Under the pieces are notes generated by a model, which was not told the DNA's origin, ran no database searches, and saw only the letters and a program-made list of their open reading frames with translations. DNA of 64,000 bases, taken from assembly GCF_001194135.2 (NCBI RefSeq), contig NC_068998.1, positions 22,696,202 to 22,760,201 on the forward strand, written 5' to 3'. The stretch is from Octopus bimaculoides. Its lineage: Eukaryota. The position numbers were made by a program, and so were the translations under genes. This document shows, piece after piece, positions 50,290-62,873 of the stretch; positions within the stretch are counted from its first letter, which is position 1, and each line of letters begins with the position of its first letter.

Positions 50290-50870
50290 CTACCATGGTA
50301 GATTATACATTATAGCACCGTACTTTGTGTTGAGCGAAAATAGCAGAGAAGGGTGGAATGCAGCATTAAATGTTTGGTAACAGCATTTTTTGCTAAATAA
50401 ATGAAAAGCCTTTAGTGAGAGAAGTAGGTCGCAATGCTGGCTGTGCGGACAAGAAATCTTATATCTCCGAAGAACGCAGACAATCATAGTAGCGATGTAA
50501 ATGACCGCGAGACCAGATAGCCGGCTAGAAATCCAGAGGTTCGACGTGCCTGCCATTGATCATATTCCAGTTAGTGTTATAGTATTAAACTGAATGTTGT
50601 ACAGTATGCTTATCCGTGTAGCAGAAGCACCGTCCGAGTTGTTGAAGCAGCACTATAAAGCAGGATTTATATGAGCCTTGTAAACCGTTATCTTCTTTCT
50701 GCGACAGCATCTTTTCTGGTAGTTGAGAAGTGCAAGTTATTACCATGTGATCTAGCAATGCGAAATAATTGCTTCCATGATAGGTGATCCGTGAATATAA
50801 GGATTCAAAGCATTAGGCGAAGCTTTGAGGTCTGTAGTACGGTAAGTGCTTTCTTGGTGCACTTAGTGCA
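50290..50870 (-). mobile_element. CR1/L2/Jockey-group LINE 3' fragment
   Basis: ILIFTDHLSWKQLFRIARSHGNNLHFSTTRK, then LEY-like and AQPALR-like decayed motifs; homologous to 47222-47378. Confidence 0.55.
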
Positions 50871-51134
50871 GATAAACAAGGTTTAAAATGGCCTAATGAA
50901 GGATGCCCTCTATATGTAAGTTTAGTGACTCCAACGGCAAACACATTATACTCAAGCCTAAAACAATCAATTTTGTAGAGAAATTGTAGTTTGCTCGTGG
51001 AAGGGGAAAACAGAATACGTTGCTAACAATTTCACTGTGTATCAAACTATTGGCAACGAAACAGGACATGTCCGAAAAGCCTGATAACTTTCACAAATTT
51101 TCTGTTCTACGATATACACATGCATGCATACATA

Positions 51135-51168
<34 letters not shown>

Positions 51169-51618
51169 AATATATACACACACATAGTTACATAAATAGT
51201 TGTGTGTGTGTGTCTGAGTATATGTGTTTGTGCGTGTATGTGTGTATGCAGACATACATATATACATTTATTTGTGCGTGCATGAATGTATGGACTTATA
51301 CATGAGAGCGGAGGTGTGTTAGGGCTTGTGTGCGTGTGTACCTGTGCAGTATTTGATCAGTTGGTTTCCCTATCTTACTCAGTCGTCTCATTCTCCGCAA
51401 ATTCTCATTTCAAGTAGCTCAAGGGATTTCCGTTACGCTTTGCATTTTAATTTCGTGTCACATGATAAGTAGCAGGTAATATCAATACAATTAAACGTTT
51501 GAAAAACATAAGAACGGAACAAAATATGAATCCGTACATATTAACCTTAGAGAATGATACTTACCAAGATATTGGTGGACAATATATGACCAGATTTCTG
51601 CTATTGAGCCATCTACAT

Positions 51619-51951
51619 GTTGGCACTCCGTCGCTTACGATGTCGAGGGTTCCAGTTGATCCGATCATCGGAACAGTCTGCTCGTGAAATTAACGTGCAA
51701 GTAGCTGAGCACTCCACAGACACGTGTACCCTTAACGTAGTTCTCGGGGATATTCAGCGTGACACAGTAAGAGTGAGAGAAAGTTGTGGTGAAAGAGTAC
51801 AGCAAGGTTCGCCACCATCCCCTGCCGGAGCCTCGTGGAGCTTTAGGTGTTTTCGCTCAATAAGCACTCACATCGCCCGGTCTGGGAATCGAACCCGCGA
51901 TCCTATGACCGCGAAACCGCTGTCCTAACCATTAGGCCATTGCGCCTCCAC
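51619..51951 (-). mobile_element. tRNA-derived SINE family B with 14-bp target-site duplication
   Basis: TSD tgagccatctacat at 51605-51618 and 51952-51965; A box TGGCCTAATGG and B box GGTTCGATTCC on the minus strand. Confidence 0.92.
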
Positions 51952-52159
51952 TGAGCCATCTACATATAACTTACATATATTTCATCTTGCGTTCTTCTAA
52001 CTTCTTCTAACAGGACTTCAGAAAATCTGCACACTGACATTTAAACGAACGTTATGCACGCAATATTATATGCATAATAATTTTCTGTCTGCCATTAAAA
52101 AATATTTATCCTCATTAGTTTAAATGTTATTGCATTATTTCGTCACGTTTCCTAAGGGA

Positions 52160-52315
52160 GAATCGGTAACGAATCGAATAGGCTTAGTAGCACTTCTTTC
52201 CGCTGCCTACGTTCTGAGTTCCAGTTCAACCAGACTCAAGTTTGGCTTTCATCATTTGCGGGTCGATAAAAAGTGTACCAGTTGTAATCTCCTAGAATTT
52301 TTGGCTTTGTGACAA
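52160..52315 (+). mobile_element. SINE family A, decayed
   Basis: gaatcggtaac...gcttagtagcac...cgttctgagttccagttc...tttcatcatttgcgggtcgataaaaagtgtaccagtt. Confidence 0.7.
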
Positions 52316-54524
52316 AATTTCTATCTGTTATTTGCCATAATTCTTTACTTTACTTTAGCCATTATTTCCGCAGTGAATATTATCCATCTTAATATTTTAC
52401 ATTGTATATCCTCAGTGAAATACTTTCATATTGTGAAATTAATTCTCCTAAATGAATTTTCTGTGTAATATGGGATTAAACCTAATTGGATCATCTCTTA
52501 CTGTCTACTTTAACATGCTTCTTGTCATCACAAGGACAATTTTCCTCTCTCCACTAGCTTCTATATAGTATTATTCTTACATTTCATTTCTACTTGCAAC
52601 ATACATCACGAGGACACGCTGGCCTAGTAATAGTATTAGAAACTACAGCTTTCCTACTATTTCTTTTAATTCAGCCTTCTCTTTGCTAGATTATTGGAAT
52701 GGGAAAAACAATACAGGTAAAAAAAATACAGTAGAGAATATACGTGGAATAGTTTTTCTTTTATTTAACTGTGCGATGCTTGCATTAGATCTCATGCAAT
52801 ATGATTGGTGATTATTGACGTTCACAAAAAGTCTGAATCCAATATAAAATCGACACTATAATTTTACAGTTTTGAATAAGTATACTGAGGATAAGGAACT
52901 ACGATTGGCGGCTGTGTTTTGCAGGATTTCCCGTTAGTATTAGTTATATTCCAAAATCTTTCATCGTTATAAACCCACCGGTATTATCTGAAAGATACAG
53001 AATATGTAATTTATTGATAAATAAATCTCGGACCTCCTACGGAGATATTAATCGCTTTCTACATTAGTAAAACAATACTTATTTACTATATATACTATTG
53101 GAATTCCTTTTGTCTCGCGATCTTCAACCCCGAAAATTAGATACATTTTCCGTGGTTATATCTATACGATTTTCTATTTTCAATAAAGTCAATAAGTGTT
53201 GTGGGGATACGTGTATAAACACAAACCTTATACAAGTTATGAAAAATAGAACACAGTATACTATATAAATTAGCTGGAAAAATTCTGTCTTACCTTCGAA
53301 AGTAATTGACTATTCTTTATCGCAAATGAGTATTCAATTACTAATGCAGGAGTAGATTATATCCTGTTAATATCTAGCTTCGCTGTCTGTATCATCATCC
53401 CTCAGAGCGTTGGCTGCAGTAAAGAAATATTTTGTTCCTATTATTCTTTCCGTAACTGAATTATGAATAGTAATTATTGAATGATTCATATGACGCACAT
53501 ACACATACAAACGTACACACACACACGCACACATACACACTAACAGATGTTTGGCTTATTTTGGATGTTTTATGGTGCATGAACATATGATAGGATGGCA
53601 CACCGAAGAAATGAACAAGTATAGCACTTCAACAGTGCAACTGTGAATATACTGTAAAATATTACATTCAGTCACATAATCAGATAATTTGTATTTACCA
53701 AAATCCATTCCAAATCTACATTCAGATATTTATATCCAAACCGTATGTTGAAATATAATGGCTGAAAAAAAAAGAAGCAACTATTTACAAAGAGGATGTT
53801 AGGAAAATTTGAATTCTGATTTCTGACATATTCTATGTAGGAATGCAATTACGCAAGGGCATGCAATATGCATGTATATATATATATATCGCACATATAT
53901 GAGCGTGTGTGCGCGTGTGTATGTGTGTGTATGTGTATATGCATACATGTGTGTGTGTGCAGACACGCACACATATATGTTCAATAACCTAGCGTGTTAT
54001 ATGTGTGTGTGCGTGAGTGTGTACGTGTGAGTGCGTGTGTGTGTGTGTGAATGTCTGTATGCGTGAATGTGTGCGAATAATTGCCTATTTAAACCTACGT
54101 CAATAAAAGGTTGCATGCTTGTGCTGTTTTCGACTAATGGCTAGTCTATTATGGAACTGCTGAATAATATGTAGACCAGAATATATCAAGTACGTAATTA
54201 GAAAGGTACTATGACCTGTTATTTTGCCAAAACATTTTATCATATTTTTCATTTTTTTTTTTTTAAGTAGTCATTAAATGGTATTATATGTAGTTGTTTA
54301 GAGCGCAAGGTAAATATATCGATTGTGAATTGACTGCAATTTTATCTTAACATGCTAGTCTATAATGATTCTATATTGGTGTACACTGAAGTGGATACTG
54401 ACAGAGAAAACTGGGCATTCTGATTTCATTCGAACACGCACACATATGTGTGTGAGATTGTTTATCCATCTACAACAGACTCGCATACAGATACACAAAA
54501 CGGTACATACAAAACATGCGTATG

Positions 54525-54905
54525 TGTGGATGTGAGGTAAGAAGCTGGCTTTCCAAGTACATGGTTCCGGGTTCAGCGTGGCAGCTTGCTAAAGTGTCTT
54601 CTACTATTGGCTCAGGCTGGCCAAAGCCTTGTGAGTGGATCTGGTAGACGGAAACTGAAAGAAGCCCATCGTATATATAAATACATATGTGTGTATGAGT
54701 GTGTGTGCTTGCGTTTCTCTGTATGTCCCTACACCAGCGCTTCACAACCGATGCTGGTGTGTTTACCTCTCCGTAACTTAGCGGCTCCGCAGAAGAAAAA
54801 TACAATAAGTATTATGCTTACAAAGAATAAGTCCTGGGGGTCGATTTATTCGAGTAAAGGCCGTACGCCAACATGGCTGCAATTAAAGACTGAAACAAGT
54901 AATTC
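54525..54905 (+). mobile_element. SINE family E (composite, internal TA/TG microsatellite)
   Basis: gaggtaagaagctggc...catggttccgggttcag...gtgtcttctactat...ccaaagccttgtgagtggat.tggtagacggaaactgaaagaagccc...gtaacttagcgg...aataagtcctggggtcgat...ctgaaacaagt. Confidence 0.85.
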
Positions 54906-55109
54906 CAGCGAGTGGAAATTCATAAAAGTTATGGATGAAAATCGATTTTTACCACTATCCGCGGGCGCCTCGGGGGAAATAAAGTCACAAAAACACAGCC
55001 ATGATCTAGACCAATATCTTAAAATTGGAGCGACATGCATAAAATTTGGGGACGTGCATAAATTACAATCACGTACACACACACATACACACACACACAC
55101 ACACACAAG

Positions 55110-55141
<32 letters not shown>

Positions 55142-57538
55142 TAGATAAATAGATAAATAAGTGATCTAAATTAAATGTATTTTAATTGTTGTGTGAGAAA
55201 GTATATATAATCTGATTATAAAATATAGTGTTTTTCAAAAACAACCTAAATTTGAAGACTATATATTTTTTATATGTTTGATGACCGCTGTCACTTACTC
55301 TGACTCACACACACAGACAAACACACATACATCAGCATACAACTCCTTTCTCACCCTGATGGACCCTGTCACTTACTCTCTCTCTCTCCCTCACACACAC
55401 ATACACACACACACACACACACACAACTTGTCTCTCTCCCTCACTCACACACACACACACACACACACACACTTCGCTATGCCAAGAGGGGGACTTAACT
55501 CATGTTAGTAAACTTCCAAATTGGTAAAGGTTATGATTGAAAATCGATTTTTACCTCTATCCGCGGGTGCCTCGGGAAAAATTTATAAAAAAAAAAAAAA
55601 TAAAAAGTTAAAAAAAACCCAACCCCTANNNNNNNNNNNNNNNNNNNNNNNNNNNNNNNNNNNNNNNNNNNNNNNNNNNNNNNNNNNNNNNNNNNNNNNN
55701 NNNNNNNNNNNNNNNNNNNNNNNNNNNNNNNNNNNNNNNNNNNNNNNNNNNNNNNNNNNNNNNNNNNNNNNNNNNNNNNNNNNNNNNNNNNNNNNNNNNN
55801 NNNNNNNNNNNNNNNNNNNNNNNNNNNNNNNNNNNNNNNNNNNNNNNNNNNNNNNNNNNNNNNNNNNNNNNNNNNNNNNNNNNNNNNNNNNNNNNNNNNN
55901 NNNNNNNNNNNNNNNNNNNNNNNNNNNNNNNNNNNGCACTCCTTCTTCGAACCCACAACAGTTAACAAGTGAAACAGAGACAGACAGAAACAAGACAATG
56001 CCCCTGTTATTTGAATACTATACAAATATGTCTTTAAAAAGACTTTTCTTTTAAATTTACCAAAATTTCATTTTTCAATAATTTTTCAAAAATTTATTTA
56101 CTGTTGAAAAGATCTCAAGGATCGAAACCGGTACTGTAATGTTCTTTATAAAAGTATTCTAGCATTTTCTACTTTGTCTTTTTTCCATATATATATATAG
56201 ATATACACAGGCCGGTGGAGAGGGTGGGGCTCTGCCGGGGCGGTGCCTTGACACCCATGGGTTTAAGGACCCAGAAACAAAAAAGTTAATGAAATAAACT
56301 TGTCAACAAATTCCCTACGGAATCAAATAAAATGAAACTAAGGAAATCAACTATCACAACAGTGACAAGAAGAAGAAGCAATGGTGATGAAGTGTGAGTG
56401 TGCATACGTATACGTATATACATATATACACATACATACATAAATACATAGACACATATATACATATACACATTTGCACAATCAATTAGCATGGATTTTT
56501 GCTTCCAGTATAAAATTGAAAGTTATGATGTTTTATAAAGAGAGAGAGGGAGAGAGAGAGAGAGAAAGAGAGAGAGAGGGAGAGAGAGAGAGAGAGAGAT
56601 AGAGAGAGAGAGAACTAATTAAAAAGGAATGTGCAGGGGTAAAGACAGAGGAACAAAAAAAATAGGAAGAGTGTTTTGGTGGTTTGCAGAGGGAGGCAAA
56701 CAAAAGAAAATTAATTTCAGAGAAATGGTGAAGCGTAGTTTTATATCGTGTGGTCAAACTTGCGTAATTCAATATACTGCTTTTCTTTTTCTTTTTTAGT
56801 GACGTTGTAGGTAGGCAGGGAAATTGGTTTTAATTGGAAGGCCAGATGTTNNNNNNNNNNNNNNNNNNNNNNNNNNNNNNNNNNNNNNNNNNNNNNNNNN
56901 NNNNNNNNNNNNNNNNNNNNNNNNNNNNNNNNNNNNNNNNNNNNNNNNNNNNNNNNNNNNNNNNNNNNNNNNNNNNNNNNNNNNNNNNNNNNNNNNNNNN
57001 NNNNNNNNNNNNNNNNNNNNNNNNNNNNNNNNNNNNNNNNNNNNNNNNNNNNNNNNNNNNNNNNNNNNNNNNNNNNNNNNNNNNNNNNNNNNNNNNNNNN
57101 NNNNNNNNNNNNNNNNNNNNNNNNNNNNNNNNNNNNNNNNNNNNNNNNNNNNNNNNNNNNNNNNNNNNNNNNNNNNNNNNNNNNNNNNNNNNNNNNNNNN
57201 NNNNNNNNNNNNNNNNNNNNNNNNNNNNNNNNNNNNNNNNNNNNNNNNNNNNNNNNNNNNNNNNNNNNNNNNNNNNNNNNNNNNNNNNNNNNNNNNNNNN
57301 NNNNNNNNNNNNNNNNNNNNNNNNNNNNNNNNNNNNNNNNNNNNNNNNNNNNNNNNNNNNNNNNNNNNNNNNNNNNNNNNNNNNNNNNNNNNNNNNNNNN
57401 NCCATAGGCAATAAAACTCGAGACGAAATTCCTTTTGTACTCAAAACAAGCTACACATGCACCCAGACACAAGACTTCGTGTGTATGTGTGTGTTTGTGT
57501 GTGTGTGTGTATGTGTGTGTGTATGTGTGGATATCTCT

Positions 57539-57595
<57 letters not shown>

Positions 57596-58224
57596 GTTCA
57601 AAAAAACAATAACAAAGAAACAAAAAAACAACAAAGTGAGGACGTGATATGGATAGTATTAGTGGACGCTCAGGGACACCGATAGTGCTTGCTCACTATC
57701 ACCAAGCATCTCAATTCATTCGTTGCAACTGGTTTGTGATCGAGATATTTTATTTTACAAGGTTGAGAGCAGTAGGAAATTCTTCATAGTTTGCATCTTT
57801 CGTATTTCATTTTACAGATTGAATTGTCGATTCTATATCTTAAGTCTATATTTCACTGTTAGCTATTGCAATATTTCGACTGGATAAATCGAAATATTGC
57901 AAATATGGAATTTAAAAAAGGCTTTTTCGACTGAGATTCAACATTCACGTCTATTTTTAAAAAATATATAATTTTTTGTATTTAATTCGTACAAGTATTT
58001 TTTAAATATGTTTTTAAGGATTTTAACCTAACTTGAAATGGATATTTGTGGATATTTTAAACGTAGTTGTGAAAATCCCATGCCCCACTCCTCGGGGATT
58101 CGCTTTTCTCAATATCATTAAATGATTCGCCACATCACTTTGAAAGTTATAATAAAAAGAAATTGCGAGAAACCTCGTCAAAGCGGAGAAAATTCAACTT
58201 GAATGGACAGCGGAATCTAGACCT

Positions 58225-58405
58225 TCGCTTTGCGTGTTTGAGTCTGGAGTTGTCCCCTAACATCGCTTGACAACAGGTGTTAGTTTGTTACGTACCTGTA
58301 AATTAGTGCTTCGGCAAAAAAAGACCCATAGAATAAGTACCAGGCATTACATAAAAATAAGTACTAGGGTCGCAGTCTAGTGATTGAAACAAGCAAAAAG
58401 AAGTT
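58225..58405 (+). mobile_element. SINE family E 3' half
   Basis: gtcccctaacatcgcttgacaac...ttcggcaaaa...agaataagtaccaggc...ataagtactagggtcg...tgaaacaagc. Confidence 0.75.
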
Positions 58406-58436
58406 AAAAGTATATATATTTATTATTCTAACAACT

Positions 58437-58500
58437 GGACCCCAGGACTTGTTTATATTTATTGCCTGGTACTTATTATATCGGTCCCTTTCGCTGAACA
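58437..58500 (-). mobile_element. SINE family E fragment, inverted
   Basis: Reverse complement reads gttcagcgaaagggaccgatataataagtaccaggcaataaatataaacaagtcctgggtc. Confidence 0.7.
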
Positions 58501-58980
58501 ACTCATGGTGCACCATCGATGACTAGCTGTCATCAAGGCTTCATCGGTTATCTCAAAGTCCGTCTACCTAATGTCTTCACGATGCACTGCCTAATTCACC
58601 GACAACATCTTGTTGCACGAAATCTCAGTGGTCGTCTTCACGATTCCTTAAATACGGTCATCACTGCTGTGAATAAAATCAAATCACATGCCCTGAACTC
58701 ACCTTTGAAAATGGTGAAAACTTTCAAAACTTGCTGCTCCACAGAGTGGTGAGGTGGTTATTACGGGGAAATTGTCTGAATCACTTTAAAGCTTTCTTAG
58801 ATTCAGTAACGGACTTCTTTGATACCGCCGTCCCAAAACATAGTGTGAGGCTTAAAAGTATAAAGAAAGATATTGCATACTTGTCTGACTTATTGACTAA
58901 ATTAAACGAAGTAAATAAGAAGCTGCAATGAGATCGTACTAATCTCCTCAAAGTTAAGTCAACCATCTCAACATTTCGGT
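58501..58980 (+). mobile_element. hAT (Buster/SPIN-type) transposase fragment
   Basis: HGAPSMT (cf. TDGAPxM), MHCLIHRQHLVARNLS..LHDSLNTVI.AVNKIKSHALNS (CxxH), LLH..VRWL.RGNCL, DIAYLSDL..KLNEVNKKLQ; frameshifted. Confidence 0.85.
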
Positions 58981-61900
58981 TTTCTTGCTGATGATAGCTG
59001 GCCTAGCAAATTATTTTATTTTGCTGAAAATAGCTTGAAACCATGGTACAGGAAATAGATGGTAAATGTTTGCATTATTCGTTCTCTTTCGAAATTATCA
59101 CTTATTGTTGTTTGGAGTTTGACTGCTCCTTCTAGCGGGTTAGATGTATTATTATGCACATCACACCTCTTATGTGTTTAAATGTACTCTGTATTTATAT
59201 AAATAATATATAGTCCATTGACTAGTTTTTTTTACTCGTTAGACCACTGGTAGCAAAAAGAATTTCAAAATGTTTTTGCTACCCTGAAATATCAATAATA
59301 ATATATATATATTACCATACTTATATATGTCTACTATAATAAGGTTGGAATGCCGAATATGATGATTATAGATAACCGTTTGTATGTTGGCAGAAATTAT
59401 TTTAATGATTAGAGATTAATTTTGTATGTTCTTTTAAGTATAACAAAGCATTAGGATGTCCTCATATATTTCTGTGACTTTTGGATTGCCTATGCGTTTG
59501 TATATATACATGTATATGTGTGTATTTAAGCATCTTAATACTCTATGGAATATGTTTGCGAATGTAGATAAGTTACTATGCTTTCTTTGCATCCTCTTCT
59601 ATGAATTAAGAAATAAAGGTGTCTCCAGGGACAGCGAAGCTTAAAATATCTGTACCTTCAATATGAAGAACACAATACACGAGGACATCAACAATGCTGC
59701 CATTAGAGACTTATGTTCATGATAAAACCTTGCTAAGAATAACACTACTAAAATTGTCATACTATTAATATAGAAAATGAAAATATGGTATAGTTATTCT
59801 ATTACAAAATCGTTTATCGACTACAAACAACATACACAAACGTCTACAGGCATACACTCACGTTCACAGTTGTTTATATAATCGAGTTATCAGTGAATAT
59901 ATTCAAAATAAATTTATAGAATACAAAAAAAACAATCGAAATGCCTCGTAATATAGATTGTAGCAACATATATGCATATATATATATATATATATATATA
60001 TANNNNNNNNNNNNNNNNNNNNNNNNNNNNNNNNNNNNNNNNNNNNNNNNNNNNNNNNNNNNNNNNNNNNNNNNNNNNNNNNNNNNNNNNNNNNNNNNNN
60101 NNNNNNNNNNNNNNNNNNNNNNNNNNNNNNNNNNNNNNNNNNNNNNNNNNNNNNNNNNNNNNNNNNNNNNNNNNNNNNNNNNNNNNNNNNNNNNNNNNNN
60201 NNNNNNNNNNNNNNNNNNNNNNNNNNNNNNNNNNNNNNNNNNNNNNNNNNNNNNNNNNNNNNNNNNNNNNNNNNNNNNNNNNNNNNNNNNNNNNNATATA
60301 TATATATATATATATAAACAAATAGTAAATGAGTATTGAGTATATGCATATATATGTACAGGTATGTACATACCGACATCCACCTGTATGTATTGGTGCG
60401 TATCTGGGTGCAGAACATTGCAAACAAAACAGAGACGAGAAAACACACAAGCCACATAGAGAACATTCTGTGTAATATATATTTGTGTGTGTGTGTATAT
60501 ACGTATATACACATATGTATGTGTGTGCATATTATATTTTTACATCAGGCATTGTTTACGTTTCTTTCCCATATTATATATTTTTATAAATATAAAACGC
60601 AAGTTTGTTAGTTTCTTGTTTGCAAAACTGACTTTTCTTTATCTCTTTCTCATTATTTGGTTTGCTCTAAAATGCATAAAATATTTTCCTCTAAAATGCA
60701 TTGGCGTCTCTATATATAAGTGAATATTAATACTTTATACGTTAGACCTTTTCAAGCGTTGCTATCACAGTACATTTCTCCATCTCTCTGCCCTACATCA
60801 TGTCATTTATTTCCAATGACAGTAAGAGATTTTTGTTTGTTCTTGCGGAAATTCATTGGATTAGAATATTCCATATAGATTAATGAAGGTTCTGTACCAT
60901 GTTGCCTGATTAATTTCATATCTCTTTCAAGTATGTACGATTTGTAATTTCCCTTATTTTATTTTGTTATTCCATTTAACATTTACACATTTAACATTAA
61001 CATTTATACATTTCTCAACAAAAAAAATATCCTATACACACACATTTCATACTCCCGATGTTTTAATTACTATGACTATATGGAAAACAGTACTGTTTGA
61101 CAAAGATTTAACTCTATAGTATGAAGATGATACTGTATCGAAGTAGTTTCAACGGAATTGACTATGTACAGAATTGTTACAGTAAAACTTGCGTTGTTAA
61201 AATTTATGTTTATATATGACTGGCAAAGTTTTCTGTATATTTAGGTGCACGGAAAAACACCATAGTAGTTATACATTTTATAACGTGCAACTCTGTCATT
61301 GCTTTCTCCAATAAAGCGGTTAGGGCCAATTGACGTTTTGCAAAAACAATGCTACAATTGAAGAATCCTGACCTACTTTCAATTATCTTATACACAGATA
61401 CGATACAGATGCATGTGCTCCAATACATTCCTGTACATCATCTGTTACAACATTTCAAGACAGCTTGGGAGTTGAATGTGGCTAAAGGTTGATTAGATGT
61501 CCAATATATAATGCAACTTACACATTTCTGTTTCAACCACAACGGTTTGTTGTCGTACAACATTGACCTATGGGCCAGCAGTGTAACATGAATTTAAATA
61601 CTTCCATAATTTAGAGATATTGAGGATTTCTTTCAGCAGATCATTTGTAAGATCTGACTGACCATAAATTCTTCATATATTCTAACACCTTGTAGCACTG
61701 GTTCAAGCTTAAGCAATCTAATGTAATCAGTACTTAGGTCACGTGACATTAACTGCTTGTTTTTCACGGATATACTTCTCTGAGGAGAATTCGAAAATCA
61801 ATTGTCTTCACGTATAAATCCATTTTCCATAAAATCTTTGCTTTCTAGTTGAATGTACTAATCAGCTCAGTTACATTAGAAATTACAATCAGTACAGTGA

Positions 61901-62439
61901 TGATAAGCGTGCAGCAAACACAAATCACTAATGTACTGTCCCAGTTGTTTGTACATATCTACACAGACCTGAAGCGTAGATACACAAGTGACACGATCTC
62001 AAAAATGACAAGGAGAGATTATTCTCACATAAACGCGCAACGATAAAGAATTCTTAATGATGATCATATATTTTGAATATAAAATAGATGCAGCTTTAAG
62101 TTCTGGCGTTCGTATTATGCTGGCTGCGGGGAGAAATGTGCCGTTTACGATAGCCAAAAAGCGATGGCAAAATATTACGCTTTGTACAAATAAAAAATTA
62201 TCGTCTCAGCTATCGACTACCATTAAGCATACCTAATTAGATGTACGTCATGAACCCGTCTGCCGAAGACCGTACATTTTTGTAGATTTTCAGATGAACT
62301 GCCGCAAGTAAAAATTCACTATATGGTGATTATATTTTCTAATATATATATTAGCATAATGAGTTGAATCATATCTGTGTATAAATCTAATCGGCTTAAT
62401 TATATACTCTAAATTGAGAAATCTCATGAGACGAAGATT

Positions 62440-62620
62440 TGACGGAATTGTTAGCACGCTGAGCAAAAGTATTGGCGGTATTTCGCCCGTCTTCACATTC
62501 TGAGTGCAAAGTCGAATTTGTTTTTCATGATTTCTAGGTCGATAAAATAAGTACCAGTTGAAGACTGGGCTAGATATAATCGATTTAAACCCTCTCTAGA
62601 AATGTCTGGCCCTGTCACGC
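62440..62620 (+). mobile_element. SINE family A, decayed
   Basis: ggaattgttagcacgctgagcaaaag...cggtatttcgcccgtcttcacattctgagt...ggtcgataaaataagtaccagttgaagactggg...taatcgattt. Confidence 0.75.
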
Positions 62621-62832
62621 AATTTTAAACAAATATTAATGAATAAATCTCTGATGTATTCAATACTCTATCTTGTAGTGCGTTATCAGGATACTAATTC
62701 TACGATCTATACGTACGTGAGGAAACACCCATAAAAATACGCATGTATATCCTTTTTCATGAAAGCTGTCAAGCGGATGCGTCGACGTCAAAAATGAAAA
62801 ATTGTTTATATATACAAAAAATTGTTTATCAA

Positions 62833-62873
<41 letters not shown>

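Noticed and set aside
61770-61815. CTGAGGA-gaattc-GAAA...GTC hammerhead-like string
   Set aside because: The flanks cannot form stem I and stem III is mismatched; likely chance.
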